Notes: generated by a model not told the origin, from the sequence alone. 32,000 bases of DNA from Synechocystis sp. PCC 6803 substr. PCC-P (GCF_000284455.1 NC_017039.1:150001-182000), one strand, 5' to 3'; shown: positions 1 through 9,811, counted from the stretch's first letter. A program made the numbers and translations.

Positions 1-455
1 TGTTTGACTTTGAGGTATAGGGAGCGTTTGGGGTTAACGCCTTCTTTAATTTCCGCCTTTACCGCCTGGACATCGGCAATTTTATTGATCAACTCAATGC
101 GGCGGTTTTTGCCGGGGAAGCCCCAACGGAAAATGGTCACTTGCCCGGACTTTTTATTGAATTCGTTGTAACCACTGCCGACGTTTAGAGCCATGGTTAG
201 CCAGAGATAGCCTGCCACTGTGCTGCCGGCCACACCGTAGAAAAGTAGCGCCACACCCTGGGGAATAAACTGCAGTCCGGTGGTGTCACTAACAATCAAA
301 AGATTTTTGCCAAAGTAGCTAGAAAGGCCGGCCAACAGGAAACCGACACCACCAATGGTAGAAATTCCAGCCCAGAAAAAGTTGCTGAAGCGGCGGGCTC
401 CCAATACTTCTTGGCGCAAAACTTGGGAAGATTCTGCGAGCGTCTGTCCACCCAT
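1..455 (-). CDS. ycf4: Photosystem I assembly protein Ycf4, C-terminus truncated by the window edge
   Basis: Reverse-strand translation from ATG at 455 reads MGGQTLAESSQVLRQEVLGARRFSNFFWAGISTIGGVGFLLAGLSSYFGKNLLI...FIPQGVALLFYGVAGSTVAGYLWLTMALNVGSGYNEFN, the typical Ycf4 two-helix pattern; open to position 1. Confidence 0.9.
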   Translation of the reverse strand, partial: MGGQTLAESSQVLRQEVLGARRFSNFFWAGISTIGGVGFLLAGLSSYFGKNLLIVSDTTGLQFIPQGVALLFYGVAGSTVAGYLWLTMALNVGSGYNEFNKKSGQVTIFRWGFPGKNRRIELINKIADVQAVKAEIKEGVNPKRSLYLKVK

Positions 456-593
456 GTATTTCTCTAACAATAATTACAACGAAACTAACCATTGAATTTT
501 ACCCCATCAGGGCTAGGGGCTAGGATGATAGGGCGATCACCTTAGGGGAACTGGGGTCTAACCTCTACCAAATTTTGGGAGCTAGGGGACTTT

Positions 594-2132
594 TCAAACG
601 GTCCCAGAAGGAGGAATACGAAGGCAATAACTTTTTTCATCTCCCCAACGCCCCTGGGTTAACCAAGGGGGATAACCATCTGTCATTACTTGCACCGGCC
701 CTAACTGGGCCAATTGTCGAGCCCGACGATAATGAAAACTACGTTGGAGGCCGTTATCCAGTTGCTGGGCCAATGTTGATTCCTCTCCGGCGATCGCCAT
801 CATTGCCCCGGAGGATAGGTACAAAACGTAATGGGGCTGGGTTCCTGGGACTGGCACTAGGAAGCAAAGACCAATGTTACCAACTAAGCCAAGATTATTA
901 AGGGTTTCAGCCACAAATTCTTCGGTTAGTTTTTCTCCCACCAAGTCACTCACCCGATCGCCCCTACCCACCAAAGCCAGGCAAGGGGTTTTGGCATACC
1001 AATGGGATACCTGCAGGCGATCGCCAAGGCGATAACGGTATAGTCCCCCCAAAGTGGAAATAATTAATTGATAAGTTTGCCCTGTTTGCACTTTGCACAA
1101 GTCAACAATGGTGCCATCAGCGGTCATAAATTCCAACACAATTTGGTTCACTAAGGGCACAAATCCCCCAGCTTTAATTAGAGGAATGGTAATGGGAGCT
1201 TCCGTGGCCAATAAGCCTTTTCCTTGGATAAATACTCCGGGAAAATAAGTCTGTAAAGCCCTAGCTTGTTCCCCGGCAAATAGTTGATCCCAACAGGAAA
1301 TTAATTTTAATTTTGGCCAGATTTTTAGCCAATCAATCGGATCTATTTCTAATGCTTTTCGTCTTGTGTCATCCAGGCGATCACCAAGGGCCGTGATCAG
1401 GGCGTGACGGTGCTGGGCCATAAACGTTAATTGCACTGTCAAAAAAGTTGGACTCCAAAGGGAAATAATTTCTAAGTCTGGATTTTGCAATAAAGCTAAG
1501 GCCAAAGCCCAACGAAAAGCGTCTCCGTCAGGAAAATGATTACCTACCCGTACCAAAAAATGACCACTAAGCCAGCGCAGAGGCCCCGTCAAATAGTCCG
1601 TGTCATCAATGCCCCCAGGGCGATCGCCAAGGGTGGGAGAAACACAAGCATAGGTTTTACCTGTGCGAAAATCTGGGCCATGGTGGAGCAGGTCATAGGC
1701 CCAAACCGCAAACATGGAGGTAAATGCAGTCAGTAAACCATGGGTGTAGGGAATTTGTTTAATCGCGCCAGAACTGCCCGAAGTTTGTTGCCAATAATGA
1801 ATTTTTTCGTTGGTAATTATTGATTGTTTAGGTGAGGTTTGCTGTTGTTCTAACCAGGAAAAAAAATCATCATAGCTAACTACGGGAATAGCCGACCAAG
1901 GAGAGTCTTTAGTGATCCCCAAAGATTGGCCATAACGGGTGTGAGTTAGGCGCTGAATAATTTTGGTTTTTAACCGCTCTTGTTCAACGTCAGGCTGATG
2001 TAATGCGTTATTAAAACTATTAAAGGCTGGTTGCAATAGATACTTGCTAGCCCTTAAAAGGAAATTATGCATTAGGAACTGCTTAATTTGATCATTCCTT
2101 CCAATGAAGGGCTGGGGCAAATTAATCCCCAC
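594..2132 (-). CDS. GH3 auxin-responsive-promoter-family protein (acyl-adenylate-forming fold)
   Basis: 512-aa ORF with the adenylation-type motif TSGSSGAIKQIPYTHG, ...LLATEAPITIPL..., and YRYRLGDRLQV, as in the GH3 family. Confidence 0.82.
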   Translation of the reverse strand: MGINLPQPFIGRNDQIKQFLMHNFLLRASKYLLQPAFNSFNNALHQPDVEQERLKTKIIQRLTHTRYGQSLGITKDSPWSAIPVVSYDDFFSWLEQQQTSPKQSIITNEKIHYWQQTSGSSGAIKQIPYTHGLLTAFTSMFAVWAYDLLHHGPDFRTGKTYACVSPTLGDRPGGIDDTDYLTGPLRWLSGHFLVRVGNHFPDGDAFRWALALALLQNPDLEIISLWSPTFLTVQLTFMAQHRHALITALGDRLDDTRRKALEIDPIDWLKIWPKLKLISCWDQLFAGEQARALQTYFPGVFIQGKGLLATEAPITIPLIKAGGFVPLVNQIVLEFMTADGTIVDLCKVQTGQTYQLIISTLGGLYRYRLGDRLQVSHWYAKTPCLALVGRGDRVSDLVGEKLTEEFVAETLNNLGLVGNIGLCFLVPVPGTQPHYVLYLSSGAMMAIAGEESTLAQQLDNGLQRSFHYRRARQLAQLGPVQVMTDGYPPWLTQGRWGDEKSYCLRIPPSGTV

Positions 2133-2153
2133 TTTAAGCTTTGCTAATAATTG

Positions 2154-3050
2154 CTAATAGCTAACAATGGGAATCCACTCAAAACTATCCACAATGCCTT
2201 GGTAATAATCGTTGATCGTTTCCCGGGGATAGGGCGCAACGCCAGTTTCTTCATCAAACCAACGCTCGTAAATTTCCACCGCTGCGGTCTGATCGCTGAT
2301 TACCCCTTCCATATATTTGACTAGACTGTAGTTGACCAAATTGCGCCAGTCAGAATCATCTTTGGGTAATAAACAGGCATAGGCTTCGTACTGATAGGGA
2401 AAATTAGGCACCACTTTCCACTGTTGGGGATTATCAGAGGTTTTTTTCAATCCTGCCAAAACAATGCCATCTCCAGCAAAAGCTTCGATTTCTCCAGCTT
2501 CAAGCTTGGCCATGCCATCGGCCTGGTCTTTAACTTCAACGATGGTTGCCCCCGGTTGAAAGTCGAGAATAGCTTTTGCATTGGTGGTGTCGGGAATAAC
2601 CCCGATCGCCCGTCCCGCTAGGGAATCGGCAGATTCTAGATCACTATCCACCCCGGTGATAATTTTGGTACCATCGGCAAAGTAACTGACTGAAAAATCC
2701 ACCACTGCCGTTCTATTCCAGGTGAAGGTGGAAGAAGCACATTCCAAGTCGATGGTCTGATTGGTAATCAAGTCAAAGCGATTATCGGCGGTGGCTTCCA
2801 CCATGTTTAACTTGATTGGTTTACCCAGTCTGGCTTCCGCTTCCTGGCGAATCAATTCCAGCAGATCAATGGAAAAACCCACCCATTCCCCTTGGTCGTC
2901 AACGTAGGCGAAGGGCACCGCATCCTTTCTAGTGCCGGCATTAATCACCCCCGTTTGTTCAATGCGGTCCAATACCTCCCCTGCCCAACTGGGTAAGCTC
3001 GCGGCTCCACTGAGTAATACAGACAAGGCTAAACAGGCAAATTTTTTCAT
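2154..3050 (-). CDS. Amino-acid ABC transporter periplasmic substrate-binding protein (SBP_bac_3 family)
   Basis: 298-aa ORF with signal peptide MKKFACLALSVLLSGAASLPSWA and the SBP_bac_3 pattern GVINAGTRKDAVPFAYVDDQGEWVGFSIDLLELI... Confidence 0.88.
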   Translation of the reverse strand: MKKFACLALSVLLSGAASLPSWAGEVLDRIEQTGVINAGTRKDAVPFAYVDDQGEWVGFSIDLLELIRQEAEARLGKPIKLNMVEATADNRFDLITNQTIDLECASSTFTWNRTAVVDFSVSYFADGTKIITGVDSDLESADSLAGRAIGVIPDTTNAKAILDFQPGATIVEVKDQADGMAKLEAGEIEAFAGDGIVLAGLKKTSDNPQQWKVVPNFPYQYEAYACLLPKDDSDWRNLVNYSLVKYMEGVISDQTAAVEIYERWFDEETGVAPYPRETINDYYQGIVDSFEWIPIVSY

Positions 3051-3165
3051 TGGTCAACTCCTAGCACCAATTTCCCAAGACTACGGAGGGGGCAATGAAG
3101 TTTCAATTAATTGGGGTCACAAACCACAGCGGCCTATGGCTCTAATCAATGGCACACTAGAAAAA

Positions 3166-3597
3166 GAGAGTTAGGGAGGGAGTTGCGGATTCCTGTCACA
3201 GGGAATCTGAGGAAAGTCCGGGCTTCCCAAAGGCCAAACTTGCTGGGTAACGCCCAGTGCGCGCGAGCGTGAGGACAGTGCCACAGAAAAATACCGCCCT
3301 TTTTAGAAAACAGCAACCAGTAAACAGTTAACAGGGTTTTTCTGCTGACTAACTGGTAACTGACCACTGAAAAGGGTAAGGGTGCAAAGGTGCGGTAAGA
3401 GCGCACCAGCAGTATCGAGAGGTACTGGCTCGGTAAACCCCGGTTGGAAGCAAGGTCGGAGGGGCAAAGGTTGGTCTTTTTCCTGCCCCATGATTGGTGG
3501 AACCGCTTGAGGAATTTGGTAACAAATTTCCCAGATAGATAACTCCCCAAGGGTGCCTCGCATCCTGGAACAGAACCCGGCTTACGACTAACTCTCT
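3166..3597 (+). ncRNA. rnpB: RNase P RNA
   Basis: Contains the universal 5' core GAGGAAAGUCCGGGCU (about 3209-3224) and the 3' core with ACAGAACCCGGCTTAC. The ends are closed by perfectly complementary AGAGAGTTAG/CTAACTCTCT followed by a T-run. Exact ends approximate. Confidence 0.96.
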
Positions 3598-3603
3598 TTT
3601 TTT
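3588..3603 (+). terminator. Probable rnpB 3' end/terminator: P1 helix 3' strand followed by a T-run
   Basis: CTAACTCTC at 3588-3596, then seven T at 3597-3603; the same region pairs perfectly with AAAAAGAGAGTTAG at 3161-3174. Confidence 0.6.
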
Positions 3604-3621
3604 GTCCATGGGTCCAGTGGC

Positions 3622-3996
3622 ATGCTGTCAAAAACTATTCATGAAGGGCCTGGTTGGCGCTGGGGCTTTGATCCCAATGCCGAGACTTTTCCTTTTTTGC
3701 TGGGGTCAGAGAATTGGGCTTTGGAGTTGACCCAAGATGAGTTTGCCGATTTCCATCGCTTGAGTAGGGAGTTGGCCCAGACCGTCACGGCGATCGCCGA
3801 CGAGTTAATGGAGGAGGAAAAAATTTGTTGCGAACTGAGTAGTGAATTGGTGTGGTTAGAAATTGAGGGCTATGCCCACGCCTATGAATTGAGGTTTATT
3901 TTGTGCCAGGGGCGTAAAGCAGAGGGCGGCTGGCCAGCGGCGATCGTACCGGCATTGTTAAACAGTTTGCAGTCCTTTGACCCAGGGGAAACCTAA
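3622..3996 (+). CDS. Conserved cyanobacterial small protein (DUF1818-like)
   Basis: 124-aa ORF, MLSKTIHEGPGWRWGFDPNAETFPFLLGSENWALELTQDEFADFHRL...; recalled as a cyanobacterial DUF1818-type family. Confidence 0.75.
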   Translation: MLSKTIHEGPGWRWGFDPNAETFPFLLGSENWALELTQDEFADFHRLSRELAQTVTAIADELMEEEKICCELSSELVWLEIEGYAHAYELRFILCQGRKAEGGWPAAIVPALLNSLQSFDPGET

Positions 3997-4142
3997 ACCC
4001 ACGGTGAACGTCCAAAACCCAGGGGTGGAGGATGGATTTCTGACCTTAGCGACCCAAACAGATTGCCCCAATTCGCTACACTAGCTTTATTGGGTTGACA
4101 ATCTTCCCCTGCTTTCTTCCCTAAGCTTGCCTGTTAGCGATT

Positions 4143-4679
4143 ATGGTTCGTTTGCTCATGGTATTCCCTCAACGTTTTTCCCCCTCCCATTTGCTATCTC
4201 GTCACTGGGGTTGGTTGGCGGTCGCCATGGCCTCCCTAGGGAGCTTGTCTTCCCTGCCCGTCAACGTCAATTCCTCGGTGGTGGCCCAAACGGCCCCTTC
4301 TAGTCCCATGACTGTCCGCTCTGATATCCAAGAAGCTAATTCCCAAACCGGGGTGGTGACCGCTAGGGGGAATGTTCAAGTTTACTATCCTGCGCGGAAT
4401 TTGCAAGCAACGGCGGCCCAGGCCCAATATTTTTCCCAGGAGAGACGTTTAGTCCTTAGTGGCAACGTCTATGTGCTCCAGGACGGCAACAGTATGCGGG
4501 CGGAAACCATGACCTATTTAGTGGACGAAGGGCGTTTTGTCGCTAACCCCCAAGCAAATCAACAGGTGGAATCCATTTATCTAGTGGAAGAGTCCCAAAG
4601 TCCAGCCGGCCCCGCCCCCACTGGTCCCAATCCTCTCCCCGGTGATACCCTGCCAGATTTGCCGCCCCTGGGTTCTTAG
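4143..4679 (+). CDS. LptA/OstA-like periplasmic protein
   Basis: N-terminal signal/TM, then repeats of the type ANGNVQVYYPARNLQATAAQAQYFSQERRLVLSGNVYVLQDGNSMRAETMTYLVDEGRF, as in OstA-like folds; immediately upstream of an LptB-like ATPase. Confidence 0.75.
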   Translation: MVRLLMVFPQRFSPSHLLSRHWGWLAVAMASLGSLSSLPVNVNSSVVAQTAPSSPMTVRSDIQEANSQTGVVTARGNVQVYYPARNLQATAAQAQYFSQERRLVLSGNVYVLQDGNSMRAETMTYLVDEGRFVANPQANQQVESIYLVEESQSPAGPAPTGPNPLPGDTLPDLPPLGS

Positions 4680-4702
4680 CTGTGGGATACTAACGGCATT
4701 CG

Positions 4703-5461
4703 GTGACAGGCTTTTTAGCGAGAACGGAGATCGTGACCTTAGTTTTAGAAAATATCCATAAACTCTACGGCAAGCGTTGTGTGGTCAATCGGGTCAACGC
4801 CCAGGTCGCTCCCGGGGAAATTGTCGGCTTACTCGGGCCCAACGGAGCGGGAAAAACCACCACTTTTTACATTGCCACGGGATTAGTAAAGCCGAATACA
4901 GGGCGGGTGTGGCTCCACCAGCGGGACATAACTAATTTACCCCTGAACCAACGGGCCCATCTTGGTTTAGGTTACCTAACTCAACAGGCCAGCGTCTTTC
5001 GGCAGTTGAGTGTGCGGGACAACATTCTCTTAGCTTTGGAGCAAACAGGGGTTTCGCCTCCCCTACGGAAACATCGCCTTGAGCAGCTATTGGCCGAGTT
5101 TCGCTTAGAAAAAGTGGCCCATACCCAAGGTTCGCAAATTTCTGGGGGAGAACGGCGGCGCACTGAGTTAGCCCGGGCCCTGGCGATCGGGGTGGAAGGA
5201 CCACAATTTTTGCTTTTAGATGAACCCTTTGCGGGGGTTGACCCCATTGCCGTGGCGGAAATTCAAACTATCATTGCCCAGTTGCGGGAACGAAATATGG
5301 GCATTTTAATCACCGACCATAATGTGCGGGAAACCCTAGCCATTACCAACCGGGGTTACATTATGCGGGACGGGCAAATTTTGGCTTCCGGTAGTGCCGG
5401 GGAGTTATCGGAAAATCCTTTGGTGCGGCAATATTACTTGGGTGAAAAATTCCAGTTGTAA
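4703..5461 (+). CDS. lptB: ABC transporter ATP-binding protein, LptB-like
   Basis: Walker A GPNGAGKTT, signature ISGGERRRTELARALA, Walker B FLLLDEPFAGVDP, H-loop ITDHNV. Both 4703 and 4733 are GTG starts; the true start is uncertain. Confidence 0.88.
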   Translation: MTGFLARTEIVTLVLENIHKLYGKRCVVNRVNAQVAPGEIVGLLGPNGAGKTTTFYIATGLVKPNTGRVWLHQRDITNLPLNQRAHLGLGYLTQQASVFRQLSVRDNILLALEQTGVSPPLRKHRLEQLLAEFRLEKVAHTQGSQISGGERRRTELARALAIGVEGPQFLLLDEPFAGVDPIAVAEIQTIIAQLRERNMGILITDHNVRETLAITNRGYIMRDGQILASGSAGELSENPLVRQYYLGEKFQL

Positions 5462-5472
5462 GCACTTAAATC

Positions 5473-6258
5473 ATGGTGGATAGCCTGGCAACCGTTTGGT
5501 TAATTGGTGGAACGGTGGATAGTCGTGCCGTAGCCGAAGGGTTAATTGCCCAGGGAATAAATTGTCTGGTGACAGTCACCACATCGGAGGCCAAGCATTT
5601 ATATCCGATTCATCAATGTTTGACGGTTCACGTTGGAGCTTTAACCCCACAGGAAATACCGAAATTTCTAAAACGCCATAGCATTGCAGTCATTGTCGAT
5701 GCGTCCCATCCCTTTGCCGCCCAAATTACTACCACGGTCACGGCGATCGCCAAAGAACAACAAATTCCCTATATCCGATTTGAGCGGCCGCCCCTGGCTT
5801 TGGGAAAAAATACCTTAGAAGTACCTGATATTCAGAGTTTAACCAGAGGGAAATATCAGCCTTACTTGAGGGGAAAACGGGTGCTGTTGACCGTTGGAGC
5901 CCGCTGGTTAAGCCATTTCAGCCTCCTACAGGATGAAGCAGTTCTATTTGCCCGTATTCTGCCCTATCCCCAAGCCCTAGCCCAGGCGATCGCCGCTGGG
6001 TTTACTTCCGACCGTATCATTGCTTTGCGCCCCCCCGTAGCCGAACCATTGGAAAAAGCCCTGTGGCAACAATGGCAAATTCAAGGGGTGGTAACTAAAG
6101 CCTCCGGTGCCCAGGGGGGAGAATTGGTTAAGCAAAAAGTGGCGGAAGCGTTGGGGGTAAATCTGATCAGAATTGCCCGTCCCCAGACTATTCCAGGGCA
6201 AATAACTGACGATTTAAGCCAGATCAACCAATTTTGCCAAAGACATTTGCCAAGCTAA
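5473..6258 (+). CDS. cobK: Precorrin-6A/cobalt-precorrin-6A reductase
   Basis: 261 aa: VWLIGGTVDSRAVAEGLIAQG..., VDASHPFAAQIT, IRFERPP, CobK/CbiJ family pattern. Confidence 0.85.
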   Translation: MVDSLATVWLIGGTVDSRAVAEGLIAQGINCLVTVTTSEAKHLYPIHQCLTVHVGALTPQEIPKFLKRHSIAVIVDASHPFAAQITTTVTAIAKEQQIPYIRFERPPLALGKNTLEVPDIQSLTRGKYQPYLRGKRVLLTVGARWLSHFSLLQDEAVLFARILPYPQALAQAIAAGFTSDRIIALRPPVAEPLEKALWQQWQIQGVVTKASGAQGGELVKQKVAEALGVNLIRIARPQTIPGQITDDLSQINQFCQRHLPS

Positions 6259-6390
6259 AAACGAAAATTTGTTAAGTATTGCAACGGTGGTTTCCCAGGG
6301 GCAGAGCGTCCCCGTAAGATGAGATTTTTAAAGACCCCCATTAGCGTGGGGCTATCCCTTTAAAAACCGTCTTTATTCTGGAGAATCTCA

Positions 6391-6651
6391 ATGCATAGCT
6401 TTTTGTTGGCCACCGCCGTTCCCGCCACCCTGTCCTGGAGCCCTAAAGTTGCTGGGGTGATGATTGCTTGCAACATTTTGGCGATCGCCTTTGGTAAATT
6501 GACCATCAAACAACAAAATGTGGGCACCCCCATGCCTTCCTCTAACTTCTTTGGCGGCTTTGGTTTAGGGGCTGTGCTGGGCACCGCTAGCTTTGGCCAC
6601 ATCCTCGGCGCTGGAGTAATTCTGGGGCTAGCCAATATGGGAGTACTTTAA
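6391..6651 (+). CDS. psaK: Photosystem I reaction centre subunit PsaK
   Basis: 86 aa, MHSFLLATAVPATLSWSPKVAGVMIACNILAIAFGKLTIKQQNVGTPMPSSNFFGGFGLGAVLGTASFGHILGAGVILGLANMGVL. Confidence 0.96.
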   Translation: MHSFLLATAVPATLSWSPKVAGVMIACNILAIAFGKLTIKQQNVGTPMPSSNFFGGFGLGAVLGTASFGHILGAGVILGLANMGVL

Positions 6652-6740
6652 GGCTCGATTCTGAATGGACTAGCTTTTATCCTTTGGGAAAATATCAAAG
6701 GCGATCGGGCAATTGAAAGAAAAGCCTGGTCGCTTTTTTG

Positions 6741-7013
6741 TTAGGGATTAGGGAAAATGCCAAAACGCACCAAGGTGGTAATTATGGCTCCGATGACGGC
6801 AAGAATCAACGCCCAAATTTGAGCATTAGCCCGCCCTTTGACATCTTTAACATCATCCTTGACTGTACCTATCTCCATCCTGACCGCAGATAACTCGGTT
6901 TTCACCGTTGCCATATCGATCTTAAGAGAAGTTACATCTTTTTGGAGGTCATCGAGTTTGGTCTTAATTTCCCCCAAGATCTCCTTTAAATCGGTTTCTA
7001 TAGTTACACTCAT
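6741..7013 (-). CDS. Small hypothetical protein: amphipathic coiled coil plus C-terminal transmembrane helix
   Basis: Start likely at 7013: MSVTIETDLKEILGEIKTKLDDLQKDVTSLKIDMATVKTELSAVRMEIGTVKDDVKDVKGRANAQIWALILAVIGAIITTLVRFGIFPNP. Confidence 0.7.
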   Translation of the reverse strand: MSVTIETDLKEILGEIKTKLDDLQKDVTSLKIDMATVKTELSAVRMEIGTVKDDVKDVKGRANAQIWALILAVIGAIITTLVRFGIFPNP

Positions 7014-7049
7014 TGGCTTTTGCCTGCAAAGCAATATTTCCTGATACCC

Positions 7050-8615
7050 CTAGGGTAAATCATGGGAAATGGCGATCGCCGGAGTTTCTCCTGTTTGCTG
7101 GAGGGCTGTCTGCAACATCTTGGTGCTGACCACGGAATCGGTGGCGAGGTTAAAGAGGGGATTAGCCAGAATACCTGCCAGCGAGGTAGCAACCAAAGTA
7201 GCGACAATGCCCACCTGTAGGGGACGCATGCCGGGTAAATTCCATTTGATGGCCGGGTAATTTTTGATTACTTCGGACATTTCCTGGGGCTCCTTCACCA
7301 CCATCATTTTCACCACCCGGATGTAGTAGTAGATGGAAACTACACTGGTAACCAGACCAAGTAGGACTAGGCCATACAATCCCGATTGCCAACCGGCCCA
7401 GAAGATGTAAATTTTGCCGAAAAAGCCCGCCAGAGGAGGAATGCCCCCCAAGGATAATAAACAAATGCTCAAGCCCAAGGTTAACAAGGGGTCTTTGTGG
7501 TACAGACCAGCGTAATCACTAATTTGGTCACTGCCAGTGCGGAGGGTGAAGAGAATAATGCAACTAAACGCCCCCAGGTTCATAAACAGATAGATGAGCA
7601 TGTAGAAAACCATGCTGGCGTAACCATCTTCACTGCCGGCCACTAGGCCAATCATCACAAAGCCTGCTTGACCGATGGAAGAGTAGGCCAACATCCGTTT
7701 CATGCTGGTTTGGGCTAAAGCCACCACGTTGCCCAGCACCATGCTCAACACGGCCAGAGCGGTGAAAATAACGTGCCACTCATCGGTAATACCACCAAAG
7801 GCAGTCACTAGTAATCGGATAGCTACGGCAAAACCGGCCGCCTTAGAGCCCACCGAAAGAAAAGCCACCACCGGGGTGGGAGAACCTTCATAAACGTCGG
7901 GGGTCCATTGGTGGAAGGGTACAGCGGAAATTTTAAAGGCAATACCAGCAATGACAAACACCAAGGCGATCGCCAAACCGAGGGATTGACCCACAGTGTC
8001 AGCGTTAACTAATTTCTCGGCAATTAATACCAACTGGGTTTCGCCACCGGACAAACCATAGAGGAGGGAAAGACCGTAAAGGAAAATGGCGGAGCTAGAA
8101 GCACCAATGAGCAAATATTTCAACGCCGCTTCATTGGAACGGGGGTCCCGCTTCATGTAGCCCGTCATGAGGTAGGAGGAAATACTGAGCATTTCCAGGG
8201 AGATGAAAACCATCACCAACTCGTTGGCCGCTGAGAGGAACATGCCCCCCAAGGTAGCCGTGAGCAAAATGGCAATGAATTCCGCCAAGGAAGTCCCCGT
8301 TTGTTGCACATAACGCACCGACATTAAAATGGTGACAACGGTGGACAGGGCAATGATAGCCCGGAAAATAATGCTGAGATTATCTCCATTGAAAGCGCCG
8401 ATGAAACCGATGGGATCCGCCATGGACCAGGAAGTAACTAGCAAACCCACCGATACCAATAAACCGGCGATCGCCAGGTAGGGCAGGGCCAAGGCTACCT
8501 TGCGTCCCCCAATCAAATCAACAATTAGCACAAGGAGGAGAGTGACAATAACAATGCCCTCTGGCAAAATTGTCCCCGCATTGAGTTGCGCTGCAACGTT
8601 ACTAGAAAAGTCCAT
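7050..8615 (-). CDS. ndhB: NAD(P)H-quinone oxidoreductase subunit 2 (NDH-1 subunit NdhB)
   Basis: Multi-TM protein with NuoN/NdhB motifs ([20 protein letters not shown]; [29 protein letters not shown]; [15 protein letters not shown]). ATG at 8615 ([20 protein letters not shown]) fits better than the track start at 8726. Confidence 0.95.
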   Translation of the reverse strand: MDFSSNVAAQLNAGTILPEGIVIVTLLLVLIVDLIGGRKVALALPYLAIAGLLVSVGLLVTSWSMADPIGFIGAFNGDNLSIIFRAIIALSTVVTILMSVRYVQQTGTSLAEFIAILLTATLGGMFLSAANELVMVFISLEMLSISSYLMTGYMKRDPRSNEAALKYLLIGASSSAIFLYGLSLLYGLSGGETQLVLIAEKLVNADTVGQSLGLAIALVFVIAGIAFKISAVPFHQWTPDVYEGSPTPVVAFLSVGSKAAGFAVAIRLLVTAFGGITDEWHVIFTALAVLSMVLGNVVALAQTSMKRMLAYSSIGQAGFVMIGLVAGSEDGYASMVFYMLIYLFMNLGAFSCIILFTLRTGSDQISDYAGLYHKDPLLTLGLSICLLSLGGIPPLAGFFGKIYIFWAGWQSGLYGLVLLGLVTSVVSIYYYIRVVKMMVVKEPQEMSEVIKNYPAIKWNLPGMRPLQVGIVATLVATSLAGILANPLFNLATDSVVSTKMLQTALQQTGETPAIAISHDLP

Positions 8616-8756
8616 AGGTACAACCGAGAAATGCTCACGAATAAGCTTAGCGCAGGTTTGCCGCAAAGGAGAATTAGAATGGGTGATGGAATTTATTAGT
8701 ATTTTCCTGGTTTTGGGCCATGGCAAAGGGCCCCAGTAATGGCATGATTGCCCCCT

Positions 8757-9737
8757 TTAATGACATAAATCCTTCCCCTGTTCATTGAATTCGTCGGTGT
8801 TGGCGGTTAGGAATTGCCAGCGGTAGCTGTTGGATTGGAGTTCCATTTTCAGCACTCCATAAACTCCCATTGCCTGAACTTCACTGTTGGGGCGCACGGT
8901 TTTGAAAGGATAAAGACTTTTGCCGCCGGTGCCAATGACAAATTGCCTCAGCCCCTTTTCCCTATCCAATTCACCCTGGGCATTTTGGGGGGCAAATCTT
9001 TCGTACAGGTGGTCGTGCCCCGATAGCACCAATTCCGCACCGCCATCGTAGAGGGTCTGCCATAGGTCCGCCATTTGCTTTTGGTTACCGTGCACACCAG
9101 AGGAATAAAGGGGGTGGTGCCAATAGGCTAGGGTACAGACTTTGTTGTTTTCGGCTAAATCTTGCCTGAGCCATTCCTGTTGGGCCGATCCCATTTCGCA
9201 ACCGCCAATGTATTGGCAGTTGGAATTGAGGGCAATAAAATGCCAGTCCCCCTGGTCGTAGCTGTAATAGCCCTTTTGGCGATCGCCGGCTAGTTGGCCA
9301 AAATAATCAAAGTAGTCCGCCGCATCTTTGCCGGGGCCGTAATATTCATGGTTACCTGGCACAGGGCGGCTGATGGCATCGAATTTTCCCCAGGTGGGTT
9401 GATAGGAAGCTTGGTAATTAGCCAATTCTCCCCGTTCGTACTGGTTATCCCCTAGCGGTAAAACTAGATCAGGATTAGCGCTAGCAACCAAATTAGCTGT
9501 GGCGGCCATCTGGCAACGGTCTGCTGTACCTAAACTGTTATTAAAGCCGGGATCTTCGGGGGCACAGGCAATATCTCCCGCCGCCACAATAACCAACCCA
9601 GGAGAGGAGCTTTGGGTGGGGGCATCCTTGGCCAGATTAACCGGGACTGGATTTTGGTCAAAGTTGGCAACCAGCAAAAAAGCTATGGTGACCAGGGTAA
9701 TAAATAACCCAATCACCGGTAAACGGGAAAGACCCAT
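8757..9737 (-). CDS. Secreted/lipid-anchored-type calcineurin-like metallophosphoesterase (purple acid phosphatase-like)
   Basis: N-terminal hydrophobic segment; metallophosphoesterase motifs AAGDIAC, LPLGDNQYERG, PVPGNHEYYG, YWHHPLYSSG, LSGHDHLYERF. Confidence 0.87.
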   Translation of the reverse strand: MGLSRLPVIGLFITLVTIAFLLVANFDQNPVPVNLAKDAPTQSSSPGLVIVAAGDIACAPEDPGFNNSLGTADRCQMAATANLVASANPDLVLPLGDNQYERGELANYQASYQPTWGKFDAISRPVPGNHEYYGPGKDAADYFDYFGQLAGDRQKGYYSYDQGDWHFIALNSNCQYIGGCEMGSAQQEWLRQDLAENNKVCTLAYWHHPLYSSGVHGNQKQMADLWQTLYDGGAELVLSGHDHLYERFAPQNAQGELDREKGLRQFVIGTGGKSLYPFKTVRPNSEVQAMGVYGVLKMELQSNSYRWQFLTANTDEFNEQGKDLCH

Positions 9738-9811
9738 AAGTTATCACAGGGGTGGTGGCACAAGAGGGCAAAATTCCCCCGCGTCCGTAAACTTTTCAAC
9801 TACTCAAAAAA

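Noticed and set aside
575-901. Plus-strand 108-aa ORF opposite the GH3-like gene
   Set aside because: Antisense shadow of a well-supported CDS; no recognisable family and no start/RBS support. Similar shadows (e.g. 23641..24327 +, 25192..25458 +, 12281..12523 +, 14220..14606 +) were rejected for the same reason.
3146-3631. Three ORFs (3146..3631 -, 3303..3563 -, 3349..3609 -) over the rnpB region
   Set aside because: They lie on or across the structured RNase P RNA and encode low-complexity peptides without domain logic; the RNA gene explains the sequence.
6652-6740. Terminator-like sequence GCCTGGTCGCTTTTTT after psaK
   Set aside because: Has a T-run but I could not find a convincing stem upstream of it.
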